This document shows, in pieces, positions 50,526 to 63,834 of a stretch of DNA of 64,000 bases (positions within the stretch are counted from its first letter, which is position 1; each line of letters starts with the position of its first letter). Both the position numbers and the translations under genes were made by a program. The notes beneath the pieces are model-generated. The model saw nothing but the letters and a program-made list of their open reading frames with translations, did no database searches and was not told the DNA's origin. This stretch comes from Eledone cirrhosa (Eukaryota): assembly GCA_964016885.1 (NCBI GenBank), contig OZ024743.1, forward strand, positions 161,882,001-161,946,000. The letters run 5' to 3'.

Positions 50526-50981
50526 TATGTGTAATAATGTAATTTAAAAACGCATTGGCTTTCTGTCGTCTAGCTACACTACATTGTCTCTCTGTCATCT
50601 ACCCTTCTGTCACACATCAATTGATATAATAATAATGAAATTATTGTGTACAGTGCTCAGAGGCACTACAACTCATCAAAGGTGCATGTATAGTACATAG
50701 AATAATGTACAAATGTCAGGAAAGTGAACAGTGTATAAGTCATACATGTGTGTATGTGTATGGAGCGGGATATCAGGTTTTAGCAGAAAAATAATAATAT
50801 GCCATGTTGGCATAATATTAATAAGAAATATTATGAATGTTTTTGCGTGTTATTTTTGTTGTTATTTTCAGTACACGAGGAATTGTTCAGCTATTTGTTA
50901 TGGCGAGTTAACGTAACGTAGAAGTGAAAGAGAAGGCAATGTTAGACAAAGAAATATGTAATGCCATGTTGGCATTAAAGG

Positions 50982-51326
50982 TATAACAAAATACTGGTGT
51001 GTATGAATATAACATGAGACGTGATTTGTGTGTATAATATTTAGTAAACAATTTGTGGATATATAGAACAGTATAGTTGACATGTCAATGAATAGATGAA
51101 AGAATGAAGCAAAGTTATTAGTTACTTCTGCCAGGCGAACGCGCCTGGCAGAAGTAGGCTGGCGAAGGGCAGGAGCCGGAAAGGCAAATGAGAGGAAGGG
51201 AACTTAAAGTTGTTAGTTTTATAGGGTTCTGACCAGAAGTTACAGAAAGGGTTCTACTTTCTGTCTAGAGAGTGTTAATCTATTGGGGATGTGAGTGTCA
51301 CAACAAGGGAGGCAACTCCTGCTACA
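50982..51326 (-). repeat. Solo LTR of the 40109 family
   Basis: High similarity to 40125-40448; ends TGCTACA; AAGG on both sides is a candidate TSD. Confidence 0.8.
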
Positions 51327-51798
51327 AAGGTATGAGAGGATTAATGTTTAGTTATTTGTTACGGTGAGAAAATGTATTGTTTTCATTAAAGATGAATGCA
51401 AGAAGAATTAAGCTTTTTACATTATTTATTTATAAACCGACTACAAAAGTTGAGTTGAGTTGACCTGTCAAACAAATAGTAACAAACAAAAGTAAGAGTT
51501 TTAAGCAGAGAAGTCACAGTCTCTGACCGAGGTGCCGGCCAGGCCAACGCTGAGTTGTCATTACATAATGGCTATTGGTCGAACGTCAAGGATAAAACTG
51601 GTGTTTACCTTTTCATGATTAAAGCAGCAATTCTTTTGTGAAAACAAAAGAAGCGGAAAAATCTTTGTTTGGGCGGAAATTGAAATATATATCTGTGTGC
51701 GGCTTACGATTGGTCTAACTTAGCCAAGTCACGCACGAATAGATTATTGATACGCCAAGCAAGTAGTTTCGCTACATTTTTAAACAGTACAAAGTAGG

Positions 51799-52113
51799 CG
51801 AATTTCAGGAAGCATGGAGATTTTAAAGGATGCAGTGTCTTGGCAACTAACAACTGATGCAGGTAGTTTGTTCCATGCTTCAGCAACTCTGAGTGTGAAA
51901 AAATGGGAGCTGTGCTGTTTTCTGACTTTGTAGGCATGCCCCTATGTGTTAGACACATGGAATTCAAAAAGGTGCTCAGGGTTGTTGGATGTTTAGTAGC
52001 AAGTCAGTTGCCATATGTTGGAGCCCCAATGTATCCATGCCCAGGGAAGCAAGGCGTTCAGAGTATGGTAGATGCCTGATGGAGGGTATTCGTTTGGTTG
52101 CACATCTCTCAAC
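51799..52113 (-). mobile_element. CR1-group LINE 3' fragment
   Basis: RGHAYKV...FFTLRVAEAWNKLP; homologous to 29190-29310. Confidence 0.85.
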
Positions 52114-54489
52114 GTGATATTACAGTGAAGTTGGTCCCTGATATTACAGTGGAAGTTGCTGATTGTGATCGTTTTGTGACAAAATCTTTTTCATAACAAT
52201 GACCTGATGATAACATTAATTCTTAACGTTATATACTATATGAAACCACATTAGCAACACATTTTTAAACAGTACAAAGTAGGAGTATGACTACATCGTA
52301 TTATAATTTAAATACAGCCCTTTCCATTCTGAGTTCAAATCCCGCCGAGGTTAACTTTGCTTTTCATCCTTACGGGGTCGATAAAATAAAGTACCAGTAA
52401 TGTACTGGGTAATTGATGGCCTTGTGCCAAATGTAGAAACAATAATTAATCTTTTGGATTGGCAGTATCGATAAAGAGTCGGACACCATGCTTTGAAGCA
52501 TAGAGTTACGTCCCTTTATGATCTGAGTTCAAATTCCGCCGAGGTTAACTTTGGCTTTCATCCTTACGGGGTCGATAAAATAAAGTACCAGTAATGTACT
52601 GGGTAATTGCTGGCCTTGTGCCAAATTTAGAAACAATTATTAATCTATTAATGTTTTACTTCAGGCCCACTTTCTGAGTTTATCTAGTAATCTACCACTG
52701 ATAATGTATTAGTTTTATTTCAAACTGTTCTGTGAATTTTGCTAAGAGATGTATAGTTAGTGCTAGGTTTTTAGTTACCGGTTATGGGCATATATACAGC
52801 TATGTAATTAAGAAATTGCTGCACTATCTTGTACTTCTGGGATTAATTCTACTGTGCCTGCTACCTTTGTTTGGTACGTGTTAAATCATCCTTGATTGTA
52901 AGTGATGGCCTTAGTACTTGACTGCTACTTACTATATTGGTCACTGATAGATAAAAGATAAAGTTGAACTGAGAATATGAAAAATACAATGGCATTCAAT
53001 CCACTGCTCTACAAATATGGCAATCTACTGTTCTCACAATAATATGTTGTTGATAGATAATAATGTTGTATTTCCAAAGTATTCTATAATAAAATTAACA
53101 TTTTATAGTTTGCAGGGTATTGTTTTATTTCATTAATTAATCAATTAAAAGTAATAATAATTTTGGGTGATGGTTGTAGCCAATTTGACACTCTCCTCCC
53201 TTAGTACTTGACTGGTATTTCTTTTATTAAACCTGGAAGGATAAAATGCTAAGTTTACCCTGGCATGACTTGAACTCAGAACATAAAAGGACATAACTAA
53301 GTACTGCAAGGCATGTTGTCCATTGCTCTACTGATTCTGCTAATCTATTCCCCCCAATAACAGCAATAATAATAATTGGCAAAAAGAGAAGTTGATCTAC
53401 CCACACAGTGTGAGAAACAGTTTCAAATTCTTGTCTATACTAATATTCACCTATCAAAGACATTGCAAACCATTGCAAAAACTCACCTAGCATCAGACAC
53501 CTACAGTTATATTACCACCTGCTGCCTACATGAAAGTTGATGTGACATCTATCACATCTTGTAATAATATATTGTTAATAGACAATCTTGTTGTATATAT
53601 GGGAGGTGTAAAGGAAGGATTTTTAAATAGGTCACATATTAGTTTTAAAGTTATTGATTTATTTTATAAGCTTCATAATGTCTTACATCTAACAACCATC
53701 CTATAATTTGACATAGGGGATATTTTGGATATTGAACTGATAAACAGACCTTATCAGGCCAAATAATCTGGTTGCTTAGATCAACACTCATAGGAATTTG
53801 CTTTGTTTTTCAGAACTTTGGACTAAATCATATAGTTTGTGTATATTTTGTATTTAGGACATGTGATAAAATGTTTTGTGTGCCCAAGTAACAAAGCTGC
53901 AACCTAATTTTAATTATAATTTGGAACAACTTCACTTACATTACTAATGTTCTTGGGAAGTGCATGAATGTCACACAATCATGTATCTTACTCCACTATA
54001 ATTCTGAACTTCAATATACACATCTAAGAAATATATATATTTTTTCTTTTTGATTCTTTATTTACACAATAAATGTTAGTCCACATTAACCCACTTAATA
54101 AATATACCCACCTAATAAATATACATACCTATTGTACTGATTTAATCAGCGCAACAGTGTTATGTTAACTAGTTAAAGCAGTATTTTAATACATCTCACT
54201 ATATATAGTTTAGTATTATATAGTTGGAGAGAAGTTTTAATAATTCACTGTAAAATAGAATGCTGAGGATAAACAATAACTAATAATATTAATATTGATT
54301 TCTGATACAGACACAAGGCCATACACTTTGGAGGGGGGTATAATTAATTACATTGGTTAGGCACTTGTCTGGTACTTATTTTATTGGATCATGAAAAAAT
54401 GAAATATGAATGTAAAGGGTCTTAACTAAATGCTGTAAGATATTTACTCTGATGTACTAATTCTACATTTAATGATAATAATAATATTT

Positions 54490-55341
54490 TACTAGTAAGT
54501 AGGAAAGATAGGATCCTGATTCCTTTGAAAAAGTGGCCCTGCTCAATATGTAGAAAAGGAGTAAGCATAAACTCTGTACATTATACATAATGTACACAAG
54601 TGATGTAGTGGAGTAACAGATAGACTAACAGGAAGGGAAGATTTTGTATGTGGAAGATGCACAGGGGTAATCGAGGGGAGGAGCGTCAAGGATATAAACC
54701 TTTTTCAATCACAGGAAGGCGCCAAGGAAGTGGTTGATGGCTTCTATTTAGGTGACTTGGCAGTGAAAAAGGGTGTTCTGCGAGCATAATAATTAGAATA
54801 AGAATAGGATGAAAGAAGTTTAGAGGACTACTCCCACTGTTAACAAAAGGTTTCTTCCTATGTACAAAAGAATGACTGTATGATGATTGTGTGTGAAGTG
54901 TGATGCTGCATGGTAGTGAAGCATGAGCAGTGACTACAGAGGACATATGTAGGCTGGAGAGAAATGAAGTAAGTATGCTTCTTTGGATGTGCAATGTGAG
55001 TGTGAGAGAAAGGCAGAGCTTGGATGACGTGAGGGAGAAGCTGTGTTTAAAAGGAATCTGAGGTTGTGTGCAAAAGAGAAGATTTCGTTGGTACAGATAT
55101 GTGATGCACTTGTATGATGATCACTGGGTGAAGAAGTGCCAGGAAATCCCAGTGGAGGGAAGCTGCAGTAGAGGTAGACCAAAGAAGACCTGGGCAGAGG
55201 TGGTGAGAGCTGATCTCAAATTGCTGAGACTCATAGATGAGATAATGAAGGAACATGGCGAGTGGAGAGATGCTGTGCTGAAAAGAACCTGTCCAATCCA
55301 TGTAAGCATGGAAAAGCGGACATAAAAACAATGATGATGAT
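54490..55341 (+). mobile_element. RTE LINE (family C) 3' fragment, degraded
   Basis: KWPCSICRKG..., MLHGSEA, RWYRYV, GRPKKTW; (GAT)n tail. Confidence 0.88.
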
Positions 55342-55983
55342 TTGTACAGAACCACATATTTAATTTATTGATCTTTATAGTCTACCAGACACCCACACAG
55401 TGTATCTCTATACTGACCTCTGCAGTATTCCGTTGTATATCTGAGTTATCAGACACTCAGGCAGTGATTCTCTGTACTTATCCTACAATGTCCTGTTATA
55501 TTTTTAGACTACCAGATACCTAGCATATCTCCTATATCAGCTATGTAGTGTTCTATTATACTTTTAGTCTATCAAATATGCATGCAATGTCTTCCTGTGT
55601 CAACTTCTTCAGTGTTCAACTCTGTCTCTACTAAATCAGGCACACTGTGTATCTTTGTACCAACATCTACTGAATTCCACTGTGTTAGTCCGTAGTCCCA
55701 TACCTGCGCTTAGGTTTCATACCAGTCCATAGAGCCTCTATTAAGTTATCTTCCCATCCCTAGATAACATACCAGAACTTAGACATGGAACTGCTCCCTA
55801 GTGCCCACTAGACTTCCTGTCATTCCCTAGATATCATGCCACACCCAAGACCCTATACTAAACAGCTTGCCCGAGCATCTCTCCCAACCAAATGTATCAC
55901 CATGGTGCCCTAACATGTTTCTCACCCTCACATTGTTCTCACTTCTCTAATTCACTGTTTTTCTTTTTTATCTAATTCACTAG

Positions 55984-56056
55984 GAGTCTCGGTCTTTTGC
56001 CATGAACTTGTTTCGAGGAAATGTCATTGCTGACCAAGTCTTCCCATTTCCAGAAG
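55984..56056 (+). CDS. ACADVL: ACADVL-like exon (73 nt)
   Basis: TAG|[24 protein letters not shown]|GT; matches the VLCAD [23 protein letters not shown] region as I recall it. Confidence 0.9.
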
Positions 56057-56199
56057 GTTAACAATTTTTTAATTTTTACTTCTTTTATTTAAAAAATTTT
56101 ACAGAAAATAATAATTCTTTTCCTAAAACTAATATTTCCTGCTGTAATGTTTTCTTATGTATTCATGCTGGCACATCAACAGCTTTTTGGAACCACATT

Positions 56200-56533
56200 A
56201 TGGAGGCACATGGCTTAGTGGTTAGAGCATTGGCCTTGCAATCAAAAGGTTGTGAGTTCAATTCTCAGACTGGGTGATGTGTTGTTTCCTTGAGCAAGAC
56301 ACTTTATTTCACATTGCTCCAGTTTACTCAGCTGTAGAAATGAGATGATAGGACTAGGGTCCCTATCATTCCACTGCAAAGTGGTCGTGGAGGTGCCACG
56401 GCAAAAAAGCACCCAGCACTCACAGTAAATGAGGTTGGTGTTAGGAAGGGCATCCAGCTGTAGAAATCAAGCCAGAATCAGTTCCCGTTCCACCCTTGCA
56501 AGCAGGGAAAAATGGACGTAAAATGATGATGAT
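56200..56533 (+). mobile_element. tRNA-head SINE with RTE tail
   Basis: Near copy of 25572-25956. Confidence 0.88.
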
Positions 56534-58369
56534 TATCGTTATTGTACTAGTCATGTACACATGGCAACTGAATAAAATTCCCTCCTCCTTCTGAGGTTAA
56601 CTTTGCCTTTCATCCTATAATAAAATAAAGTACCAATAATGCACTGGAATAATTGCTGGCCTTGTGCCAAAAATAAAAACAATTATTATTGGTGGATTGG
56701 CAGTATCGGTAGAGTGTTGGACAATATGCTTTGCAGCATAGTTATGGCCCTTTACGTTCAGAGTTCAAATCCCTCTGACGTTAGCTTTGCCTTTCATCCT
56801 TATGGGGTCGATAAAATAAAGCATCAGTAAGTACTGGGGTCGATTTAATCGACTGTCCCCTTTCCCCAAATTACTGGCCTTGTGCCTATAGTAGAAAACA
56901 TTTTTAGTTGGTCTCTTTACTTTCTCATTTCAAATTTTACCAAGGTCCACTTTGACTTTCATTCTTCTGGTGTTGATAAAATAACTACCTGTTAATTCTT
57001 TTTCATGTTTTGAGGAAGGAGCGGACCCAAAGCCTTTCATGCTGTTCTGGGAAGGAATTTCAGAGGAAAGACATTTTGTGAAGGAATTACTGGGAAGTAG
57101 ATTGGCAGAATCGTCAGAGCATCAATCAAAATGCTTTGCAGTATTTAGTTACATCCCTTTGTATTCTGAGTTCATATCCTGCCATGATTTCAACTTTGTC
57201 TTTCATCTTTCTGAAGTTGATTAAATAAAGTACTAGTCAAATACAGGGTCAATTAGATTGTAATGGGTTGGTATATTGTTATTTAGCCTCAGTTCAGATA
57301 TATGATTGAGCAGACCCATGGTATATCAGTAGCTAGTTAGACAACTATGTGCAATCCATGGGTCCAATGTTCCAACTTTATCATGCCTCCATCTATATTG
57401 TGTACTCCAACATGGTGTAGTTTATTCTGTGGCATACAATGTTGCTGATTAGGTGTGTTGCTTTTTTCCCACTGTCCAATGAATGTGTCTGCAGGTTCTA
57501 GTAGTGGCTATGGAGGAAGTGGTCAAAGTGGATTAGGTCAGAGTGTGGCAGGTACTTCTACAGGCACAGTGTATTGGAACTTTATTGATGTTACTGATAC
57601 TTTTGTCTACTGAATTGTTGATGATGTACCTTGACTGAGTGGGAGAGAAAGATAGTGTTGTTAAGATGGTGTTATAGTAGTATTCTGGAGGTGTTTATAT
57701 ATATATATATATATATATACTGAGAGATAGAAATAATTGTTTCTACTTTTGGCACAAGGCCAGCAATTATCCCAGTGCATTACTGGTGCTTTATTTTATC
57801 GACCCGTAAGGATGAAAGGTAAAGTTAACCTCGGTGGTTACTCAGATCATACTGCAAAGCATGGCGTCCAACCCTCTACTGATACTGCCAATGTTCTCAG
57901 GATAGTAGGTGGTGTTAAAGAAATAAGTGTAATGTCATCTTTTTATGATGCTTGTTTATTATTTTTGGAGATTATTTATAGGCTAAAAAGTTTGGATGAC
58001 AGAACTGATCCTTGCGATACACCATTTCAAAAATTGCAGTATTGCCAGTATACTCTACATGCTTAGTGATCTAAACAGGAGGTGGTTCACTAACCAGCAA
58101 TTTGTGTTGTTGTTTAGGCCTGATCAAATAAATCTGTTATAAAATGCATCTTTTTTTTTATCCATAGTGTATCCAGGACTGTATTATCCTATGTGGCCTT
58201 CTTTTTTTTAAGACAATAGAAGGGGATTTGGCAACCATTTCTCGCAAGTTGTGACCACATAGAAGCTCCTTTATTAGTTCATGCATCTTGTGTTATTTCT
58301 TAAGGCAGTGTTTAGTATTTTCTATATAATTTGATTACTGTGTTTGAAGTTAAATGGTTGGCTAATATC

Positions 58370-59785
58370 TTCATCATTTTTACATCCCATTTCCATGCTT
58401 ACATGAGTTGGACAGGTTCTTTTCAGCACAGCAGCTCTCCACTCAATGTGTTCCTTCATCATCTCCTCTGTGAGTCTCAACAATTTGAGATCAGCTCTCA
58501 CCACATCTGTCCAGATCTTCCTTTGTCCACCTCTCCTGCAGCTACTGGGTTTTCCTGCCACTTCTTCACCCAGCGATCATCATCCAAGTGTATCACATGT
58601 CTGTACCAACAAAATCTCTCTTGCACACAACCTCAGATTCCTCTTAAACCCAGCTTCTCTCTCACTTCATCCAAGCTCTGCCTGTCTCTCACACTCACAT
58701 TTCACATCCAATGAAGTATGGTTACTTTATTTCTCTCCAGACTACGTATGTCCTCTGCAGTTGTCACTCATGCATCATACAAAGTCTTCCCTTCCTGTTA
58801 GTCAACTTGTTATCCCACTACAACTTTTGTGTACCTAAGATTTACATTGTGTACATTATATAGAGTTTATACTTACTCCTTTTCTACATATTGAGCGAAG
58901 CCACTTCCTTGAGGGAATCAGGATCCTATCTTTCCTACTTACTAACACTTTAGTTTTGGCTAAGTTTACTGTCAGACATTTTGCTTCTAAATTCCGTTTC
59001 CATAGTAGGAACTTATTCTCTAGTTCTCTTAAGGATTCAGGTATATAAGGACCAGATTACCTGCATAGAAATGTTCCTATGGACAGCCTGACTTTAACTC
59101 CACTGTTATGGTCTGGAGAACTATGATGAACAGCAGTGGGTTAAGAACTGAAGCCTGATGAACTACTTGTACCTTGAATTCCTCACTAAACTCACTTTAC
59201 TGACAGCTCCTCTGTACATAGCTTGCACTGATCTCACAAGCCATTCTTCTACACCTAATTTTCTTAAGGACCACTAAATAATATATCGAGGTACTCTGTC
59301 AAAGGCTTTTTCTAGATCAACAAAAGCTAAATATAGTGGTTTATTCTTGGCTAGGAACTTCTCTTGTAGTTGCCTCACTAAAAAGATCTGTAGTACTTTT
59401 TCCAGGCATGAAACCAAACTGCATCTCATCTAATTTGACTCTTTCTCGAATTAGCTGTGCTATAAACTCTTTCTGTCACTTTCATAACTTGGTCCATGGG
59501 ATTTATTCTTCTGTAGTTGCTCCTTTCTAGAGTATCACCTTTGCCCTTATAATTATTTATGATTGCACTGCTGCACCAGTCATTGGGTATGGCACCATCC
59601 TGTATTATTTGATTGACTGTGTGGGTTACTAGTTCGACTCCTACTTCTTTCGATGCTTTTAGCATCTCAGCAACTATATCTGATGGTCCTGCAGCTTTAC
59701 CATTCTTCATTTTGATTGCTTCTTTGACCCTGTCAATTTCAATAGCTAATCCATCTGTTAGGTAAGTTGGAGGTAGTCTCTTCTA
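58370..59785 (-). mobile_element. RTE LINE (family C), degraded
   Basis: MKNGKAAGPSDIVAEMLK, QFGFMPGK, FVDLEKAFD; 3' part is the inverse of 54490-55341. Confidence 0.9.
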
Positions 59786-59787
59786 TT

Positions 59788-60190
59788 CATCATCATCATC
59801 ATCTTCGTTTAACGTCCATTTTCCACGCTAGCATGGGTTAGACGGGAGTTGTCCTACTTGAGGCAAGGTTGGTCGGGTGACCATGTCTCGCTCATATAGG
59901 ACTATCTGGCAGGTTTTCTACGGCTGGATGCCCTTCCTAACACCAACCACATTTACAGTGTGGAACTGGGAACTTTTTACCGTGTTACCTAGATGGCCAC
60001 ATTACAGCGTGGACTGTGAGTTTTTTCTTGTGACACCTACACGATCTCGATCTCATTATCTCATTTATTTGGACTGGATGTTGTGGTACCAACTTTATAG
60101 AGAGAGGGTGGTGTTAGTGGGAGGATAGGGTAGGGGTAATGGATTGGGGCGTATATTTGGCTAAGACGTGCCTACTGACTGTAGGTTTCG
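59788..60190 (-). mobile_element. RTE family A-like 3'UTR fragment
   Basis: Matches 9760-10125, with (GAT)n tail. Confidence 0.8.
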
Positions 60191-60236
60191 CTACATATAT
60201 ATATATATATATATACATATTTTTTTTATTTTTTTT

Positions 60237-60561
60237 TTACGTCCACTTTTCCCTGCTTGCAAGGGTGGGATGGGAACTGATTCTGGCTTGATTTCTACAG
60301 CTGGATGCCCTTCTTAACACCAACCTCATTTACAGTGAGTGCTGGGTGGTTTGTACCGTGGCACCTACACGACCACTTTGCAGTGGAATGATAGGGACCC
60401 CAGTCCCTATCATCTCATTTCTACAGCTGAGTAAACTGGAGCAATGTGAAATAAAGTGTCTTGCTCAAGGAAACAACAACACATCACCCGGTCTGAGAAT
60501 TGAACTCACCACCTTTCGATTCCAAGGCCAATGCTCTAACCACTAAGCCATGTGCCTCCAT
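60237..60561 (-). mobile_element. tRNA-head SINE with RTE tail
   Basis: Reverse complement of 56200-56533. Confidence 0.88.
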
Positions 60562-60629
60562 ATATATATACGCACATATATATATACATATATATATACA
60601 TATATATATATATATACATATATATATAT

Positions 60630-61850
60630 CATCATCATCGTTTTATGTCCGTTCTTCCATGCTATCATGGGTTAGACGGGTTGTCCTGTTGTGGGCAGTG
60701 TCTGGTCGGCTGACCATGCCTTGCTCATATAGGAACTGATTTTGGCTTCATTTCTACAGCTGGATGCCCTTCCTAACACCAACCTCATTTACAGTGGGTG
60801 CTTTTTTCTGTGGCGCCTACACGTCCACTTTACAGTGTGGGCTGGGTGCTTTTTTGTCGTGGCACCTCCACGACCACTTTGCAGTGGGAGGGTGTGGGGG
60901 CATATTGTCTATATGCTTCAGCTTGTACCCATGGGAGGTCGGGTACTCTGTATTACTGCGTGACGCCAGAGGTCACGGTCGTGTGTCATCGCCTTTGAGA
61001 GGTGCAACTGGGTAAGGTCGGCCCCTATCACCTCATACCAGGTCTTCTTGGGTCTCCCCACTCCGCGGCTTCCATTGACTTCTAGTGCTCTGCACCTTTT
61101 TATGCAGCTGTCATCCTTCATACACATCACATGTCCATACCAACGCATCCGCCTCTCCTGCACACAGCATTTGATTCCTCTGATGCTCAGTCTCTCTCTC
61201 AATTCATTTATGCTTTACTGTTCGCATATATTACTATTACACATCCATCGGGGCATGCAGGCTTTGTTTCTTTCTAATCTACGTAAGTCTTCCACCTTCA
61301 GCGCCCAGGTTTCACTTCCATGTAACATTGCTGTTCGGATACATGCATCATACAGTCTGCCTTTCATTTTTGAGGGAAAAGCCTTTTGCAGCTAGCAGTG
61401 GCAGTAGCTCCCTGAACTTCTTGCATCCCGTTCTTACCCTAGTTATTGTACTTTCTGAACACCCATCTCCACTGCTAATTCGGTCACCTAGGTAGCAGAA
61501 GCTGTCTACTGTTTCTACAGAGCCCTTCCAGAGATTGGTAGTACTTGTTTCATTCTCTACATTTATCAGTCTCTTGTAGTAACATTTCCAGCCCTCTTTC
61601 ATTTGAGCATCAGTGGTGTGAAGTGCACCAGTGTCATTTCTAACACACTTTTCCCCAACAACATCCCAATTCACACAGATATACTGCCTTGCAATGTGGA
61701 ACACTTCACGTCTCTAATCCTCAGGCCTCAAGACATTGGTAAAATTTCTTTTTTAGCCTCTCTCCAAGCTGTGTATACCAGTCGTCTAGCTTTTCTCTTA
61801 GCTATCTGGTACCAGTTTCTGCTACCTCCATTTTTTCCTTCTTTTCACAC
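60630..61850 (-). mobile_element. RTE LINE with large internal deletion
   Basis: RLINVENE joined almost directly to VDSFCYLGD (RT core missing); RWYGHV...GRPKKTW; 3'UTR and (GAT)n. Confidence 0.85.
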
Positions 61851-63126
61851 CTGTATCTACCTCCAACTTAGTCTCTTCAGCCACAAACCCCGGTACAATG
61901 CAGAGGACAAGAAGACAAGCAAATACCGGAGCTTATCCGGCCACTTCCTCTCAGACCTCAGGCATCCTCAGACCCTGGACAGCTGACCTCCCTCTATAAA
62001 ATCAAATTGATAGCAGCCCGAGGAAGGAACCTCATGAGGTGGGATGGCTGTTGCAGCAGGTGTTGCTGGTCATTGTCTGCAGAAATGCCTTTGCCATTTT
62101 GTTTGCAGGCCACAACCCTGCTCAGACCTAGGCGTGGAGTCTGCCACCCTCCCCTCCCCCTTTCTTCCTTTGTCTAGTAGTCCTTGCTCTTTCCCTCCTT
62201 ATCCTCTCATTTATGGCATTTATAGTCCTTTATGGAAGCCAAAACATGCAATTAAAAATTTATTAGTAATAAAGATATAATTGTTTCTACTTTTGGCACA
62301 AGGCCAGCAAATACCAGTACATTACTGGTACTTTATTTTATCAACCCCGTAAGGATGAAAGGCAAAGTTAACCTCGGCGGGATTTGAACTCAGAATGATA
62401 AGGGCCGTAACTCTATGTGTCAAAGCATGGCGTCCGACACTGTCAATCCACCGGTGCAGTGATTGCAAGGTGTAAGTTATAAGAGAAACGTGTGAGTTGC
62501 TAATGTCAAGGATGAGTTGTTTAAGGGCTTTTGTGAATATACATTGGAGATTGATGGATCTCTGTGGTGCTGCTTCACTCAGGCTTTTGTTAAATTTTAG
62601 TATTTTTATAAATTTGTCTAGTTTCCAAATTGTGAGGATTTGGCAGTGTTTATATGGTTAGTTGAAGATGTTAAGTGCAATAATTATTTCAGATCTTAGA
62701 CATTTTGATTTGTTTTCTCTTTTCCTCTTTTTAAAATAGTGTGGTTTATGTTGGTAGAGATTTGGCTGCTATTTTTAGCAGGTTGAAGATCCAATAGAAT
62801 GGAGATTTTTATGTAAGGGTGTCAATTTTTAATTCACTCTTGTATATATTACTTATACATATTTTATCAGAACAGCTCAAAGGAAACAGAAATTAGTCAA
62901 ATCCCTGTGTATTAATGGTATATGTTTTTAATCTACACATTGGGATGCAATACAATAGTGGATCTTGCCGAATTTGAATTAAGAATATGAAGCATCAAAT
63001 CATGTACCTAGTTACATCTATCTTCTGTGTTAATTTTTCTATCCCAAATACTTGTGAAAATATGATATACCCTCATATGTGCAGAAATTTTAAGTAATAG
63101 GAGTTTTGTTTTAATTTCATTTTCAG

Positions 63127-63191
63127 TTCTAAATGAAGACCAGAAGCAGACGTTGTCTGAGTTAGTTGATCCTGTTGCCAAATTCTTTGAG
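63127..63191 (+). CDS. ACADVL: ACADVL-like exon (65 nt)
   Basis: TTTCAG|(V)[27 protein letters not shown]; matches VLCAD [22 protein letters not shown] as I recall it; in frame with the 73-nt exon. Confidence 0.92.
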
Positions 63192-63206
63192 GTAAGTTCA
63201 AAGAAT

Positions 63207-63447
63207 TAGCCATTTCATTACCATATATCTAATGAGATATGCTGTATTTGAATTAATTAATGAAGGATTAGGGGTGATATAAAAAATTATTAATAATTTC
63301 AATATTAAGATAGTATTTATAAGATAACTTAAAAAATAGTCCTTATATCAAATTATGTCAGAAGATTTTAGTTTAAATAGAAACCTTAGTGGTTTTGTTT
63401 CATAGAACCGGGGGCAGTATTGGGCAGGTTGGTATCGAAAGAGTTAA
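63207..63447. mobile_element. piggyBac-like MITE
   Basis: TTAG-CCATTTCATTACCA...TGGTATCGAAAGAG-TTAA; related pieces at 35113 and 24445. Confidence 0.5.
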
Positions 63448-63607
63448 ACTTTAAGGGTTTTTTTTTTGTTTTTTTTTTGTATTTGTTGATTCTTTATTCA
63501 TAGTTGTATAAATAACATTACAAATCGTTTGCAATTCTTTCAGAATGAAAATATAAACAGAGCATATAAATAAATTTACAGTAGAATAACATAACAAATA
63601 TGTTTTA

Positions 63608-63702
63608 AATATATACATAAATAACTTTACAAATGCTTCGATAACATTATAAATAATATATACATAAATAACTTTACAAATGCTTCGATAACATTATAAA
63701 TA
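63608..63702. repeat. Tandem duplication of ~48 bp
   Basis: AATATATACATAAATAACTTTACAAATGCTTCGATAACATTATAAATA twice. Confidence 0.9.
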
Positions 63703-63834
63703 GCTCACGGTTCATTCAGAAGGATATATTCTTTTAATGTTACAATATTAAAGAAAATGTAAAGGAAGGAGTGAACAACCGAGCCAACACCAAAGCAAAA
63801 GACAGCAGCATCGCGAGGAGTACTGGGCAACCTC

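Noticed and set aside
52200-52255. CTGATGA...GAAA motif
   Set aside because: No convincing stems I or III
61990-62150. Possible HDV-like ribozyme upstream of the minus-strand RTE
   Set aside because: Only a CCCACCTCATG loop-like motif; the double pseudoknot could not be built by eye
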